From IMG/VR virus record IMGVR_UViG_3300016467_000502, positions 12,785-76,784 of that record: a DNA stretch of 64,000 nt; one strand, given 5' to 3'. The notes under the pieces were generated by a model. It saw only the letters and a program-made list of their open reading frames with translations, was not told the origin of the DNA and did not search any database. Shown here piece after piece: positions 54,582 through 64,000 of the stretch. Every line of letters begins with the position of its first letter. Within the stretch, counting starts at the first letter, position 1. The stretch comes from a virus. Lineage: Duplodnaviria; Heunggongvirae; Uroviricota; Caudoviricetes. A program made the position numbers and the translations under genes.

Positions 54582-56501
54582 ATGGAAGAAACACCCATTC
54601 TCCAAAGGGATTCATCATCTGTAATCCCTTGGGGACCAGTAGGTTACGTTACCTACAAGCGTACCTACTCCCGTCCATTGCAAAATGGAAAAACTGAAGA
54701 ATGGCAGGACACTATTGAACGTGTCATCACTGCCTGCAGAGAACAGCTGAACGTAGGTTTCAGCCCTTCTGAAGAAGCAGCGGTTCGTCACATGATGATG
54801 AACCTGAAAGGAACTGTGGCAGGACGATTCCTGTGGCAGCTCGGAACAAAAACGGTAGACTCCCTGGGTCTGCCTTCATTACAAAACTGTGCGTTCGTTG
54901 TCGTGGACGCGGCTATCAGACCCTTTACCTGGACGTTTGAGATGTTGATGCTGGGCTCAGGTGTTGGATTTAACATCCAGCGCGAGCACGTATACCAAAT
55001 CCCCAAGGTTGTTGGTAAGGTGACTATTGAGCGCAAAGACGTAAACGACGCTGACTTCATCGTTCCAGACTCCCGCGAGGGCTGGGTAGAGCTGCTACGT
55101 CGCGTGCTAGAAGCATCGTTTGTAACCGGTAAAGGATTCAGCTTTGCCACACACCTCATTCGATCCAAGGGTTCACCCATCAAAGGTTTTGGCGGGGTAG
55201 CTTCTGGACCGGAAGACCTGGTCCGTGGTATGCAGCAGATCAATAACCTGTTGAACAACCGTGCCGGTCAGCGCGTGCGTCCGATTGACTGCCTTGACAT
55301 CATGAACATCATTGGTAGCATCGTTGTTGCCGGTAATGTGAGACGCTCTGCACAAATTGCCCTAGGGGATTATGACGACTTTGAATTCCTGCGCGCCAAG
55401 CGTTGGGATTTGGGTGGCATTCCCAACTGGAGAGCAATGAGTAACAACTCCGTGATCTGTGACGACACCGCCAAGTTACCAGAGGAGTTCTGGGAAGGAT
55501 ACAAAGGAAACGGTGAACCGTATGGTCTTATCAACCTAGACGCTGCCCGTCGCATGGGTAGAACTGGGGAGACTCAGTATCCAGATTCTGACGTTATGGG
55601 CTTCAACCCTTGTGCAGAACAGTCCCTGGCCAACTTTGAAACGTGCTGTTTGGCAGAGATTTATTTGCCCAACATCAACAGCCTGGGTGAATTGCTAGAG
55701 GTAGCGCGTTTGCTCTACCGCATCAACAAGCACTCTTTGGCCATTAAGTGTGCCGTGCAGGAAACAGAAGACATTGTACATCAGAATATGCGTATGGGTA
55801 TCGGGGTTACCGGTTACTTGCAGGCTACTGAAGAACAGAAGTCTTGGTTAACCAGCTGCTACACGTATCTCAGAGCTTATGACAAAGAGTACAGTGAACA
55901 TAAAGGATTCAATCCTTCCATCAAGCTGACTACTGTAAAGCCTTCAGGTACGTTAAGTCTACTGGCTGGAGTCACTTCAGGTGCTCATCCAGGATACTCG
56001 CAGTTCTACATCCGCCGTATCCGCATGGCGTCTGACAGCCCGATTGTAAATGTGTGTCGCACGCATGGTTATCACGTCGAATACCAGCGTAAGTTTGATG
56101 GAACAGAAGATCACTCTACCGTAGTGGTGTCTTTCCCTTGCAAGTTTCCTGAGGGAACGATGCTCGCAAACGACATGAGCGCAATCGATCAGCTGAAGGT
56201 AATCCAGCGTTTGCAGACTGAGTGGTCTGACAACGCAGTATCGGTGACCATCTACTACCGCAAACATGAGTTGGAGGAAATCCGTAACTGGCTTGCCGAC
56301 AACTATGTGAATGTAAAGTCTGTGTCTTTCTTACTGCACAACGAGCACGGTTTTGACCAGGCTCCGCTAGAAGAAATCACAGAAGAAAAGTACCTGGAGC
56401 TTTCTGGCGGTGTAAAAACCATTACCAGCTTTGATGAGACCATCAACCTGGATGATATGGACATCGCAGATTGTGACGGAGGTGCTTGTCCAGTACGCTA
56501 A
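54582..56501 (+). CDS. nrdJ: ribonucleotide reductase class II (adenosylcobalamin-dependent, monomeric NrdJ)
   Basis: NPCAEQSLANFETCCLAEIYL (compare NPCGEQ...CNL) and C-terminal redox cysteines CDGGACPV. Confidence 0.75.
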   Translation: MEETPILQRDSSSVIPWGPVGYVTYKRTYSRPLQNGKTEEWQDTIERVITACREQLNVGFSPSEEAAVRHMMMNLKGTVAGRFLWQLGTKTVDSLGLPSLQNCAFVVVDAAIRPFTWTFEMLMLGSGVGFNIQREHVYQIPKVVGKVTIERKDVNDADFIVPDSREGWVELLRRVLEASFVTGKGFSFATHLIRSKGSPIKGFGGVASGPEDLVRGMQQINNLLNNRAGQRVRPIDCLDIMNIIGSIVVAGNVRRSAQIALGDYDDFEFLRAKRWDLGGIPNWRAMSNNSVICDDTAKLPEEFWEGYKGNGEPYGLINLDAARRMGRTGETQYPDSDVMGFNPCAEQSLANFETCCLAEIYLPNINSLGELLEVARLLYRINKHSLAIKCAVQETEDIVHQNMRMGIGVTGYLQATEEQKSWLTSCYTYLRAYDKEYSEHKGFNPSIKLTTVKPSGTLSLLAGVTSGAHPGYSQFYIRRIRMASDSPIVNVCRTHGYHVEYQRKFDGTEDHSTVVVSFPCKFPEGTMLANDMSAIDQLKVIQRLQTEWSDNAVSVTIYYRKHELEEIRNWLADNYVNVKSVSFLLHNEHGFDQAPLEEITEEKYLELSGGVKTITSFDETINLDDMDIADCDGGACPVR

Positions 56502-56504
56502 TCA

Positions 56505-56540
56505 GACGGGGCTGTGTAACAGCAGCCCCTTCTTTTTTTA
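56505..56540 (+). terminator. rho-independent terminator (loop TGTAACAG)
   Basis: ggggctgtgtaacagcagccccttctttttttaa. Confidence 0.6.
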
Positions 56541-56550
56541 AACCAACACT

Positions 56551-57177
56551 ATGAAAGAATTATATGATTACCTGGTACGCGAAAAGATCACCCCCAATGG
56601 GCTGTTCATTCTTCACGCTACCTATCATAACTACATGTACACCGGCTTTGTAAATTTCAAGCATGAGCAGTACAGGCTGAGTCTGACTGGCCACTTGCAA
56701 GAAATCAAAGACGAGAAGATGCTCTCTCCGTTGTACAAAATTACTGACAAAGGCTTGCACGTTATCCGGGAGGCAGAAAACACTCTTGGTAAAATCAAAC
56801 GCGCAAAGAAAACAGATGTACCATTCTCAGAGTGGGAAGGTTATATAGAAAAGTACAACAGTCTTTTTCCTAAGGGTAAGAAAGAAGGTTCATCTGTCAA
56901 TTTCAGAACCAACCCCAAGGATCTTTTTGAAAGATTCAGGTGGTTTTTCAAAGAGTACCCAGACTATACCTGGGAAGATGTGCTGGATGCTACGGAAAAG
57001 TATGTCCGCGTGTATGAAGAAGCTTCTGATTTTACCTTCATGCAGACCAGCAAATATTTTATCAAGAAAGAAGACAAGAGCAAGACCACTACATCAAACC
57101 TGGCAGACCTGTGTTACAACATAAAGTCTGGCAACAATGATGATGTGAGCTCAGGTTTTCACTATTTTGGTCCCTAA
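56551..57177 (+). CDS. hypothetical protein
   Basis: 208 aa ORF. Confidence 0.5.
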   Translation: MKELYDYLVREKITPNGLFILHATYHNYMYTGFVNFKHEQYRLSLTGHLQEIKDEKMLSPLYKITDKGLHVIREAENTLGKIKRAKKTDVPFSEWEGYIEKYNSLFPKGKKEGSSVNFRTNPKDLFERFRWFFKEYPDYTWEDVLDATEKYVRVYEEASDFTFMQTSKYFIKKEDKSKTTTSNLADLCYNIKSGNNDDVSSGFHYFGP

Positions 57178-57559
57178 TATGAAATCAATTTACATTGACA
57201 CAGCAACCCAGTTTGTTGGTCAGGTGGATGTGGAGACGACCGTGGATATAGATACATATCTGCGGTCCTCTACATTCAGGATCAAACACTGTGAGTTCAA
57301 CGGTATACCTGTCATGGTATACATCCCTGATGGGATTGAGTTTATGCCCTCTGAAAATGTGGGTGACGCTTTTACTTTGGCATTCTTGCCAGATATTGTT
57401 ATCTTCAACAGCGCGCTGCTGTTCACCAATGACGGCACAAATCACCGCAGCGATTGCACGGTGAGCGCGGTCGAGATTGCTGAACACCTGCGTGTGCTGT
57501 CAGAAGAAGAAAGAAACAAGGTGTACAGCAAGATTATAAATCCTGAAGTACCCTTCTAG
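57167..57559 (+). CDS. hypothetical protein
   Basis: 130 aa ORF. Confidence 0.5.
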   Translation: MVPNMKSIYIDTATQFVGQVDVETTVDIDTYLRSSTFRIKHCEFNGIPVMVYIPDGIEFMPSENVGDAFTLAFLPDIVIFNSALLFTNDGTNHRSDCTVSAVEIAEHLRVLSEEERNKVYSKIINPEVPF

Positions 57560-57574
57560 TATAAAGACATAAGC

Positions 57575-57640
57575 CTTGCTCTGGCTTATTTAGGGAAGAA
57601 GTTGTGAGGGGGCGGTGATGAGCCCCCTTGCACTTCAATT
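57575..57640. terminator. bidirectional terminator between convergent genes
   Basis: aagccttgctctggctt and gggggcggtgatgagccccc hairpins. Confidence 0.45.
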
Positions 57641-58049
57641 ACAATCCCAGCAGTTTAAAAAACACCGGGTAGAACCCTTCTGTTTCTACTGCACTGAAAT
57701 CCTCAATGTTGAAGATAGGATGTTCAACCTCTTCTTCCACCTTTAAGAGTTCACTTACTGCATCGCGCAGTACAATATAGTTTTCATTTACCTTACCATC
57801 AATCATCTCAGGTACGCTAATAGCACCATTGTCATCTTCTACACCCAGCTCTTTAATCTTTTCATTGCGCACAGACTCAAAATGAGTTTTGTGTTCGCTT
57901 GTGATCTTGGCAAGCTTAGTCAGATAAAACTTAGTAGTCAAACTAAGCTTCTGAGAAAGTAGACCGGCCTGAGCAGATAGTTCTCCGGTCAACTCTCCAT
58001 GAAGTGCCCATAGCTCTGCTACGGTAAGTTTAGTTTTTGTGTTTTGCAT
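57639..58049 (-). CDS. hypothetical protein
   Basis: 136 aa ORF. Confidence 0.5.
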   Translation of the reverse strand: MQNTKTKLTVAELWALHGELTGELSAQAGLLSQKLSLTTKFYLTKLAKITSEHKTHFESVRNEKIKELGVEDDNGAISVPEMIDGKVNENYIVLRDAVSELLKVEEEVEHPIFNIEDFSAVETEGFYPVFFKLLGL

Positions 58050-58055
58050 AGGTTA

Positions 58056-58190
58056 ACCCTGTCCTTTGTATAGCTTCTTGTAATGCTTACTGGACTTGAG
58101 TCCTGAAGTCTTACTTTTAGCATGCACGCCAGGACGTTTACGACGCGCCTTGGGTACAAAGGTACTAGAAGATTGTTTTGCTTTTGCCAT
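58056..58190 (-). CDS. small highly basic protein (44 aa)
   Basis: Hand-translated MAKAKQSSSTFVPKARRKRPGVHAKSKTSGLKSSKHYKKLYKGQG. Confidence 0.35.
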
Positions 58191-58206
58191 TGTTGTATAA
58201 AATGTG

Positions 58207-60198
58207 TTAGTCTATTAAATCAAGAACGTCTGCAATCTGAATAAAGTCAAAGTCATCTTCCACGCGATAGCGATATGAAGAAACGTTGGCGCCTTCTAAG
58301 CGAAATGATGGATATCTATCCCAAGCTTCATAGTCATTCTTGAGGAACATCATCTTGTATTTGGTACCAAAAGGTTGTTTGATAACAGGGTTTTGGATTC
58401 TTACATTGTAAAACGCGTCAACACATTTGAAGTGAGTTGTCTGTCCATTTAGATATGTAATGCTTGTACCTCTGTTTCCAGGATCTTTTGAGAAGCATGC
58501 ATTGAGTACTGTTCCCTCGTTTGTAAAATCAAAATCAGTATTATTTTGCTGAGTGTACAAACGCTGAACAAGCTCATCAGCATCGCCCCAACCGGTATGA
58601 AACTGTATACCAAAAGGTCCCTCATACACAGGCAGCAGAATATCAGGCTTGTCACCTAGAAGTCTCCACAATGGGTTATTATCAGCATCCACACTTGACA
58701 AGTCAGGTCTGCAATATCCATTTACTAAATCACAAGTAAATCCTTCAGGACATGGCTCTGTTTCAGAACATGCTAAACCTGAGTTACCGCCACTTACAAT
58801 GATAGACTTGAGTCTTCTTTTTCCTTTGCCAGCTCTGGAAAGCTTAACATATCCATAGTCTTCAGTATCAGAAGATCCGTAAATTCTATATTCTTCTCCA
58901 TCATCCCAATCTGTGTGTAACTCTATGCTACCATCTGCAGCGTCATGTGTTTTTATACCAGGCCCTCTATAAATAGCACCACCTCCAGGTTTTGCACCAA
59001 TCTGCAGCCACACTTGATTTGTTACATCTGGTACGCACACGCCTTCTTCATGACACATGAATCCATCAGGACAATCTCCATCTCTAGAACACACAAAAGA
59101 ATTACTCAAACCTTCACCGACAAGAAGTCGTCTGATTTGTGTGCCATCAACACATGTGTAACCATAACGAGAACTTGCAAAAGAGTTATTGCAATCTGAA
59201 GAGCTCGTCTGACCATAAACCAAATAACTACTACCATCAAAAGACAGTTGGTTAGTAACACCAATGTCATCAATGGTGAATGTCATAGGTACATTGACTG
59301 TCACCTTGCAGCTGTAAGGTTGAATACCTCTGTCAATATTGTTTTCAGCACCACATGAGTTAAGCGTAACAGATTTAGTTGAGCGCAAGAAATAACCAAG
59401 ACCTGACAGTTTTGTCATACAACCATCTATCAATGTGTACTTTTCGTCTTTGATCATGAATCCTGCAAGCTTGCAAGACTCTGCGCGACAAGAGTTAATG
59501 ATATTACTCTTACCGCTATCAAGCATAAATCCATGGCCTGCGGCATTCAGTACGGTACAGTTTTCAATTATTGCACTCATTGCACCCAGGATTAAGATTC
59601 CATGGTTGCGGGTACCGTTGACTACAACGTTCTGAAGCACCACATCATTGATAAATTCACTTTCAGAAAAAGGACTGCCTTTGATTATGTGTACTCCACC
59701 AGCACCGGTTGAGTTATACAAAGTGCTTTGCTGATCATCATCAACTGCAATGTCAGAAGCAATTCCTTTGAGCTCAACATTACGCAGTTCAAAACCATTG
59801 CGAGACACCCAGTTTTCCTGTTCTGCCATTTCCACAGTTGCACCTACAAATACATGGTATCCTGCACCGGCACCATTCATAACAAATTGTGTAACACCAG
59901 CATCACCAACTGTGGTTGAACGTGACGCTCCCATAATTTTTACATTAGGTGCATATACGTTGAACATGTTTGTGTTGCCTGTGCCAGAATAAGTCAGAGT
60001 CAGGTTTCCAAATAAAAGCGTAACGCTTCTTGTGATGTTGATAGGAGCTCTAAAAGTGATTCGTCCTGAGTAAGAGGTGCAATCAATTACAGTACCTGGT
60101 GCTGCGTTTTTAACTGCGTTCTGCAGTTTTGCAGCAAAACTTGCCGCTTGAACAACAGGTAATCCAGGAGAAAATGTTTCAAGTTTTACAGTAGCCAT
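58207..60198 (-). CDS. tail spike / tail fibre protein with pectate-lyase-like beta-helix (depolymerase candidate)
   Basis: 663 aa. Repetitive G/N/V/T-rich beta-helix-like segments (NVELKGIASDIAV, VHIIKGSPF, NAAGHGFMLDSGKSNIINS) and a Cys-rich C-terminal region. Confidence 0.55.
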   Translation of the reverse strand: MATVKLETFSPGLPVVQAASFAAKLQNAVKNAAPGTVIDCTSYSGRITFRAPINITRSVTLLFGNLTLTYSGTGNTNMFNVYAPNVKIMGASRSTTVGDAGVTQFVMNGAGAGYHVFVGATVEMAEQENWVSRNGFELRNVELKGIASDIAVDDDQQSTLYNSTGAGGVHIIKGSPFSESEFINDVVLQNVVVNGTRNHGILILGAMSAIIENCTVLNAAGHGFMLDSGKSNIINSCRAESCKLAGFMIKDEKYTLIDGCMTKLSGLGYFLRSTKSVTLNSCGAENNIDRGIQPYSCKVTVNVPMTFTIDDIGVTNQLSFDGSSYLVYGQTSSSDCNNSFASSRYGYTCVDGTQIRRLLVGEGLSNSFVCSRDGDCPDGFMCHEEGVCVPDVTNQVWLQIGAKPGGGAIYRGPGIKTHDAADGSIELHTDWDDGEEYRIYGSSDTEDYGYVKLSRAGKGKRRLKSIIVSGGNSGLACSETEPCPEGFTCDLVNGYCRPDLSSVDADNNPLWRLLGDKPDILLPVYEGPFGIQFHTGWGDADELVQRLYTQQNNTDFDFTNEGTVLNACFSKDPGNRGTSITYLNGQTTHFKCVDAFYNVRIQNPVIKQPFGTKYKMMFLKNDYEAWDRYPSFRLEGANVSSYRYRVEDDFDFIQIADVLDLID

Positions 60199-60199
60199 A

Positions 60200-60472
60200 T
60201 TATGAGAGAGTTAAGTTAAGCTTTGTTGAAGCCCACGCAAACGCTGAAGGCGTAGCGTTGGGTGAAGTGTTCCATACAATATACTCAGAATCAGCCATAC
60301 GTAAGTTACCATTGCTGATAACTTCATCATTTGTGCTGAGCATTTCATAGTAAAATATTGCTTCGCTATACAAGTCATCATGCACAACACGCAACAAAAG
60401 TTTAGTTGCTGTTTGTGTCACACCGTCTTTCCAGATATCCACAGGAGAGATGTTGTTGATCATGTCATTCAT
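60200..60472 (-). CDS. hypothetical protein
   Basis: 90 aa between fibre genes. Confidence 0.45.
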   Translation of the reverse strand: MNDMINNISPVDIWKDGVTQTATKLLLRVVHDDLYSEAIFYYEMLSTNDEVISNGNLRMADSEYIVWNTSPNATPSAFAWASTKLNLTLS

Positions 60473-60712
60473 TTACGCTTGTGAAGAAAGAGGTTGGTAT
60501 ATGTAATCTATTTCATCTTGTATGTTGGTAAATGTCACACCGTTTACAGTGCTGTCTTTGATGAATATGGGAGTGATGTCATTGTCCAGTTCTATGTTGG
60601 CAATGTCATCACCTATAATTTCATACCCTTGTGGTAAAAGCCCATAGGTAAAGAACCTGTCCTTACCAAGTATGTTTACACCACCCTGAATTTTAGTTAT
60701 ATTCACTATCAT
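60473..60712 (-). CDS. hypothetical protein
   Basis: 79 aa; overlaps the upstream fibre gene stop. Confidence 0.45.
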   Translation of the reverse strand: MIVNITKIQGGVNILGKDRFFTYGLLPQGYEIIGDDIANIELDNDITPIFIKDSTVNGVTFTNIQDEIDYIYQPLSSQA

Positions 60713-62907
60713 CGCTTTATCACTTCAAAAAAGGTTAATATAAACACGTCAGGTGTAGTAATGCCAAACAATGAGAATAAGAAGTATTGATCAACAGTCC
60801 AGTCAATAGCTACATTCCTACCATCAAAGGTATTTCCAGCATCATCACTTGCAACGTTTGTATTTGTTGCAAATAATTCAGTATTTGTTGTTGTGTTTTT
60901 AATGACACCATGTCCATAGTATTGAGTCCATCTTGTTGTTGTTCCTATTATGGAAGATTTCCATACAGTAGCTCCAGTTAAGTTATTTGCTGTATTTACA
61001 TGAATGTGAGATTGGGCAGATGTACCATTAGCATTTCTTCTAAACCTTACCCTTACCTGAATAGTATCTCCTGCTGCGAATGTATTTGCAGGTATGAGTA
61101 CAGACGCTAAAGCCTGAGTACCAGTACCTACGGATGTATAATCGCTAACGCTTTTTGCTACGATTGTTGTACCAATAGTTGTATTTGGGATAGTCTGCGT
61201 ACTCAGAAGTCCGGCAGCATCAGCAACTACCATTCTAGATCCAGAACCTGCAAGTGAAGATACTGTTACGCTACCAGTTCCTCCTGCAATACGTACGCGA
61301 TCAACAAGTGTTTGCACTGTTGATCCTGTTACGCCAGTGTTAGATGTTCTGAGAATAATATCTCCAGGTGTACCGGTACCTGTTCCTCGTCCTCCTGCAA
61401 TTGTAAAATGTGCACCTCCTATGTCTGTTCCAAAACCTGAGGGTGCGTGCATGATGATATCCACAAGTCTGCCTCCAGCATCTGCTGTAAAAGGCATTTG
61501 ACCAAAGTAAAAATCTTTAATTGTAGAGCTTGTGTTATATCCGCCACCTATAAAAGCGTGAACAGTGCTTGGAATTGTGCTAGCGTCGTTTAGTCTATAG
61601 CCGCTACCTGCAACAATGTGTATGCTGTTAGATAAAGATGTTGGAAGGTTATTGGCATCGGTACTTGAAACCATGACGTTTCTTGTCCCAGTAGAAATTC
61701 CAACGCCTGCTCCAGAACCTATAAAAACATTTGAAGCTCCTGTCGTCAAATTACCTCCAGCGTTTCTTCCAAAAAGGCTGTTATTGATTCCGCTTAAAGT
61801 ACTGTAACTTGCAACAGGCGACACAATTGTATTTCTTGTTGCAGAAATTGACAAGGACATGCTGGATCCGCCAATAAATATGGAACCGTCATTTGACATT
61901 CCTTTTATCACAGCACCTGTAGATCCTGTCTGACCTAAATAAAGTGTGCTGACACGACCTGCACCGTTTACATCAAGAGCATAACCGGCATCAACACTTG
62001 TGTTGACAAACACCTGTTTTGCAATAATCTTGTAAACACCTAAATCAACATCTGAAGTAGCACCGTTGTATGGAACGTAACCTGCATCCGCATGGTTACC
62101 CCATCCATATGCAAGAAACCATTTGTCAATATCTGCTTGAAGTATGCTAAACGCAGGACTGCTGCTAAATATAGGATCTTGTTCTGTGAAACTTGTGAGA
62201 TAACCAACTTGCGAATGATCTCCCCATCCGTATGCAGTATTCCAGTTTGTCAAGTCTGTTGAAAGAATGCCTGCTGCAACACTTGCAGAATAGACTGGAT
62301 CTGTTTCTGTGTAGCTTGTGAGAAACCCTGCGTTCTCTAAATTAAAAACGCGGGTATCCAAACCTGTTGTTACACCGTATAGATTTGCGATATCCAACTG
62401 TGCAGCCGCAACGGCACTTTCAAGAACTGTTATACTTCCTTGAATATTAATGACGTCTGCTAAAACCAAATCAACAGTTGTCTGAAGCGCATTAACACTT
62501 CCTTGCAAGCTTGTAATGTCTCCTTGGATGTCAATGATTACTTGACAGTTTAACAGTTCTGTACAGTCAATGCCTCCGCTACCTGTTGTCTGAATGACAA
62601 GTTCACCTCCTACATATTGGGCGGTACCCGTCACGTCTCCTACTAACTTCAATGTGCTTAAGCTGCGCTGGATTTTTTCCATTGCGCTAAGTACAGTATC
62701 AGAAGCGGTTACAGGATTTGCATAACGATTTACTTCAGTAAATCCGTCAAGCGGTCGCTGTAGCACAAGGTCTGTTTCTATAACTCCGTCGCTCTTTACC
62801 CACCAACCTAACTTGATGTAGGTCAATACAAATCCTGGATCCGCACTGCTTGTAGGAATCCCCTGATAATCAGGTAGTTCAAAGGGTACAAGAAACTTTG
62901 ATGGCAT
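60709..62907 (-). CDS. tail fibre protein with internal sequence repeats
   Basis: 732 aa. Repeated TETDPVYSAS...WNTAYGWGDHSQVGYLTSFTEQDPIFSSS...WFLAYGWGNHADAGY units; G/S/T-rich. Confidence 0.6.
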   Translation of the reverse strand: MPSKFLVPFELPDYQGIPTSSADPGFVLTYIKLGWWVKSDGVIETDLVLQRPLDGFTEVNRYANPVTASDTVLSAMEKIQRSLSTLKLVGDVTGTAQYVGGELVIQTTGSGGIDCTELLNCQVIIDIQGDITSLQGSVNALQTTVDLVLADVINIQGSITVLESAVAAAQLDIANLYGVTTGLDTRVFNLENAGFLTSYTETDPVYSASVAAGILSTDLTNWNTAYGWGDHSQVGYLTSFTEQDPIFSSSPAFSILQADIDKWFLAYGWGNHADAGYVPYNGATSDVDLGVYKIIAKQVFVNTSVDAGYALDVNGAGRVSTLYLGQTGSTGAVIKGMSNDGSIFIGGSSMSLSISATRNTIVSPVASYSTLSGINNSLFGRNAGGNLTTGASNVFIGSGAGVGISTGTRNVMVSSTDANNLPTSLSNSIHIVAGSGYRLNDASTIPSTVHAFIGGGYNTSSTIKDFYFGQMPFTADAGGRLVDIIMHAPSGFGTDIGGAHFTIAGGRGTGTGTPGDIILRTSNTGVTGSTVQTLVDRVRIAGGTGSVTVSSLAGSGSRMVVADAAGLLSTQTIPNTTIGTTIVAKSVSDYTSVGTGTQALASVLIPANTFAAGDTIQVRVRFRRNANGTSAQSHIHVNTANNLTGATVWKSSIIGTTTRWTQYYGHGVIKNTTTNTELFATNTNVASDDAGNTFDGRNVAIDWTVDQYFLFSLFGITTPDVFILTFFEVIKR

Positions 62908-62957
62908 AGTTCATAGAGAGGAGCATTTTGCTCCTCTCTATATAATATACTCAATTC

Positions 62958-64000
62958 TTACTGATTTTTCTTCATCTGTTGCACTCTGTTTTGAGGATCA
63001 AATAAGTCGCGGAAGTTGCGAATACCAGTCAAATCTTCAATGTCTTTAACAATCTTAGCATCACCCTCTTCAAAGCGCCCTGCCTTACGAGTGTAGAACG
63101 CTTCTTTCCAGATGCTGTAGGCCAAATCTCCATCGTATTCAGGATCTGGTTCTTCCCCGCCGTTGTACATCATGGCCATGATATAGTTCAATCCGTGTGA
63201 TCCAAAACGCTTGATGGCATTAAGTTCTCGTGTGTAGACTGTCAGCGTTGTAAAGTTGCGGATGTATTCCTCAGAACCTCCACCCACCGGGAACATGGAG
63301 GTGGTCTCTCCTTTCACACCCCAAATAATGCGGAGTATGTTACCTTCTAGCATGCTCAACTCTTCATCCTCATCATCTTTTCCGCGCAGGTAAGACATTG
63401 CCATCATTGACAGCATGGTAGTTATGGCCATCATAAATACATCACGACGTGCTTGGTTAATCTTTTTGGAGTACAAATCTCCTTGACGTTGCACCATCTG
63501 ACCTGTAGACTTATCCATAACATCAATAAGGTCCATAGTTCCACCAAACTTCCTTGCAGTCTTGCTTCCTAGCACCAATGCTTTGAGAGTGTTGGCAGGA
63601 CCATAATATTGCCATGCCATGGACACTGCTCTCCAGTATCCCAGTGCCACCTCTCCTGCTTCCCAGTTAGGTCTAAGATAACCAAAGCGGTTAAGTACTT
63701 GAGGTGCAAGGTACTTACGGTAGAAAAACATCAGTTTTCCCAACACTGTTTGTTCAAACTTAGTAGAATCAGAAGCCGCGTAGTTACCCTGTGCACGACG
63801 AATCTCTGAGTAGATAATGTTTCTCAGACGGTTCTCGTCATCTTCAGAGTACTCAATCATTGGATTACGCACCAGCATACCCGTACTGTCGCGGTAATAT
63901 GCTTCATGCGCAGGTACCAATACATCATTGCCGTCAGTGTCTTTCTTGTATACCGGCTGACCATTGGCGTCATACTTTTCAATCTGCTTGAACTTGTACT
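62958..64000 (-). CDS. hypothetical structural protein, 5'-truncated by window edge
   Basis: The table start at 63920 is a TTG; the same frame stays open upstream to position 64000 (YKFKQIEKYDANGQPVYKKDTDGNDVLVPAHE...), so the gene begins beyond the window. Confidence 0.5.
   Translation of the reverse strand, partial: YKFKQIEKYDANGQPVYKKDTDGNDVLVPAHEAYYRDSTGMLVRNPMIEYSEDDENRLRNIIYSEIRRAQGNYAASDSTKFEQTVLGKLMFFYRKYLAPQVLNRFGYLRPNWEAGEVALGYWRAVSMAWQYYGPANTLKALVLGSKTARKFGGTMDLIDVMDKSTGQMVQRQGDLYSKKINQARRDVFMMAITTMLSMMAMSYLRGKDDEDEELSMLEGNILRIIWGVKGETTSMFPVGGGSEEYIRNFTTLTVYTRELNAIKRFGSHGLNYIMAMMYNGGEEPDPEYDGDLAYSIWKEAFYTRKAGRFEEGDAKIVKDIEDLTGIRNFRDLFDPQNRVQQMKKNQ

Noticed and set aside
58649-59992. 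Several 60-84-aa plus-strand ORFs within the tail spike gene
   Set aside because: Antisense to a 663-aa continuous structural gene.

Overview
This 64 kb window is a densely coded segment of a tailed dsDNA phage (Caudoviricetes) genome. Start codons lack Shine-Dalgarno sequences and intergenic regions carry TAnnTTTG-like -7 elements, which points to a Bacteroidetes-type host (inference). Modules, in order: a minus-strand packaging block (large terminase plus a 3'-truncated portal-like ORF at the left edge); a minus-strand early/accessory block (3.2-10.2 kb) holding tRNA-Tyr, tRNA-Met, a Tad2-like DUF2829 protein, a GroES-like co-chaperonin, two PD-(D/E)XK nucleases and a Bpt/ATE-like aminoacyl-tRNA-protein transferase; a low-coding-density island (10.8-15.8 kb) with two tandem paralogs carrying AT-hook-like tails, an HNH homing endonuclease, iteron-like repeats and long structured spacers; an N-terminally anchored glucosaminidase; a MoxR AAA+ / vWA (CobS/CobT-like) pair followed by an SPL-like radical-SAM enzyme; a long plus-strand replication and nucleotide-metabolism block (clamp-loader-like AAA+, SF2 helicase, family-1 UDG, DnaB-like helicase, Sak4-like ATPase, DnaG-like primase, Cas4/RecB-like nuclease, proofreading family-B DNA polymerase, dUTPase, dNMP kinase, class II RNR NrdJ, two GIY-YIG and two HNH freestanding homing endonucleases); a tRNA region (32.4-34.2 kb) where tRNA-Trp and tRNA-Leu(CAG) fold cleanly and four tRNA-like units with identical 3' halves do not; a minus-strand lysis cassette (amidase, membrane proteins); and tail spike/fibre genes at the right end. 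No rRNA, CRISPR array, integrase or transposase was seen. All calls come from manual reading of motifs; coordinates of non-table features are by hand and may be off by a few nt.
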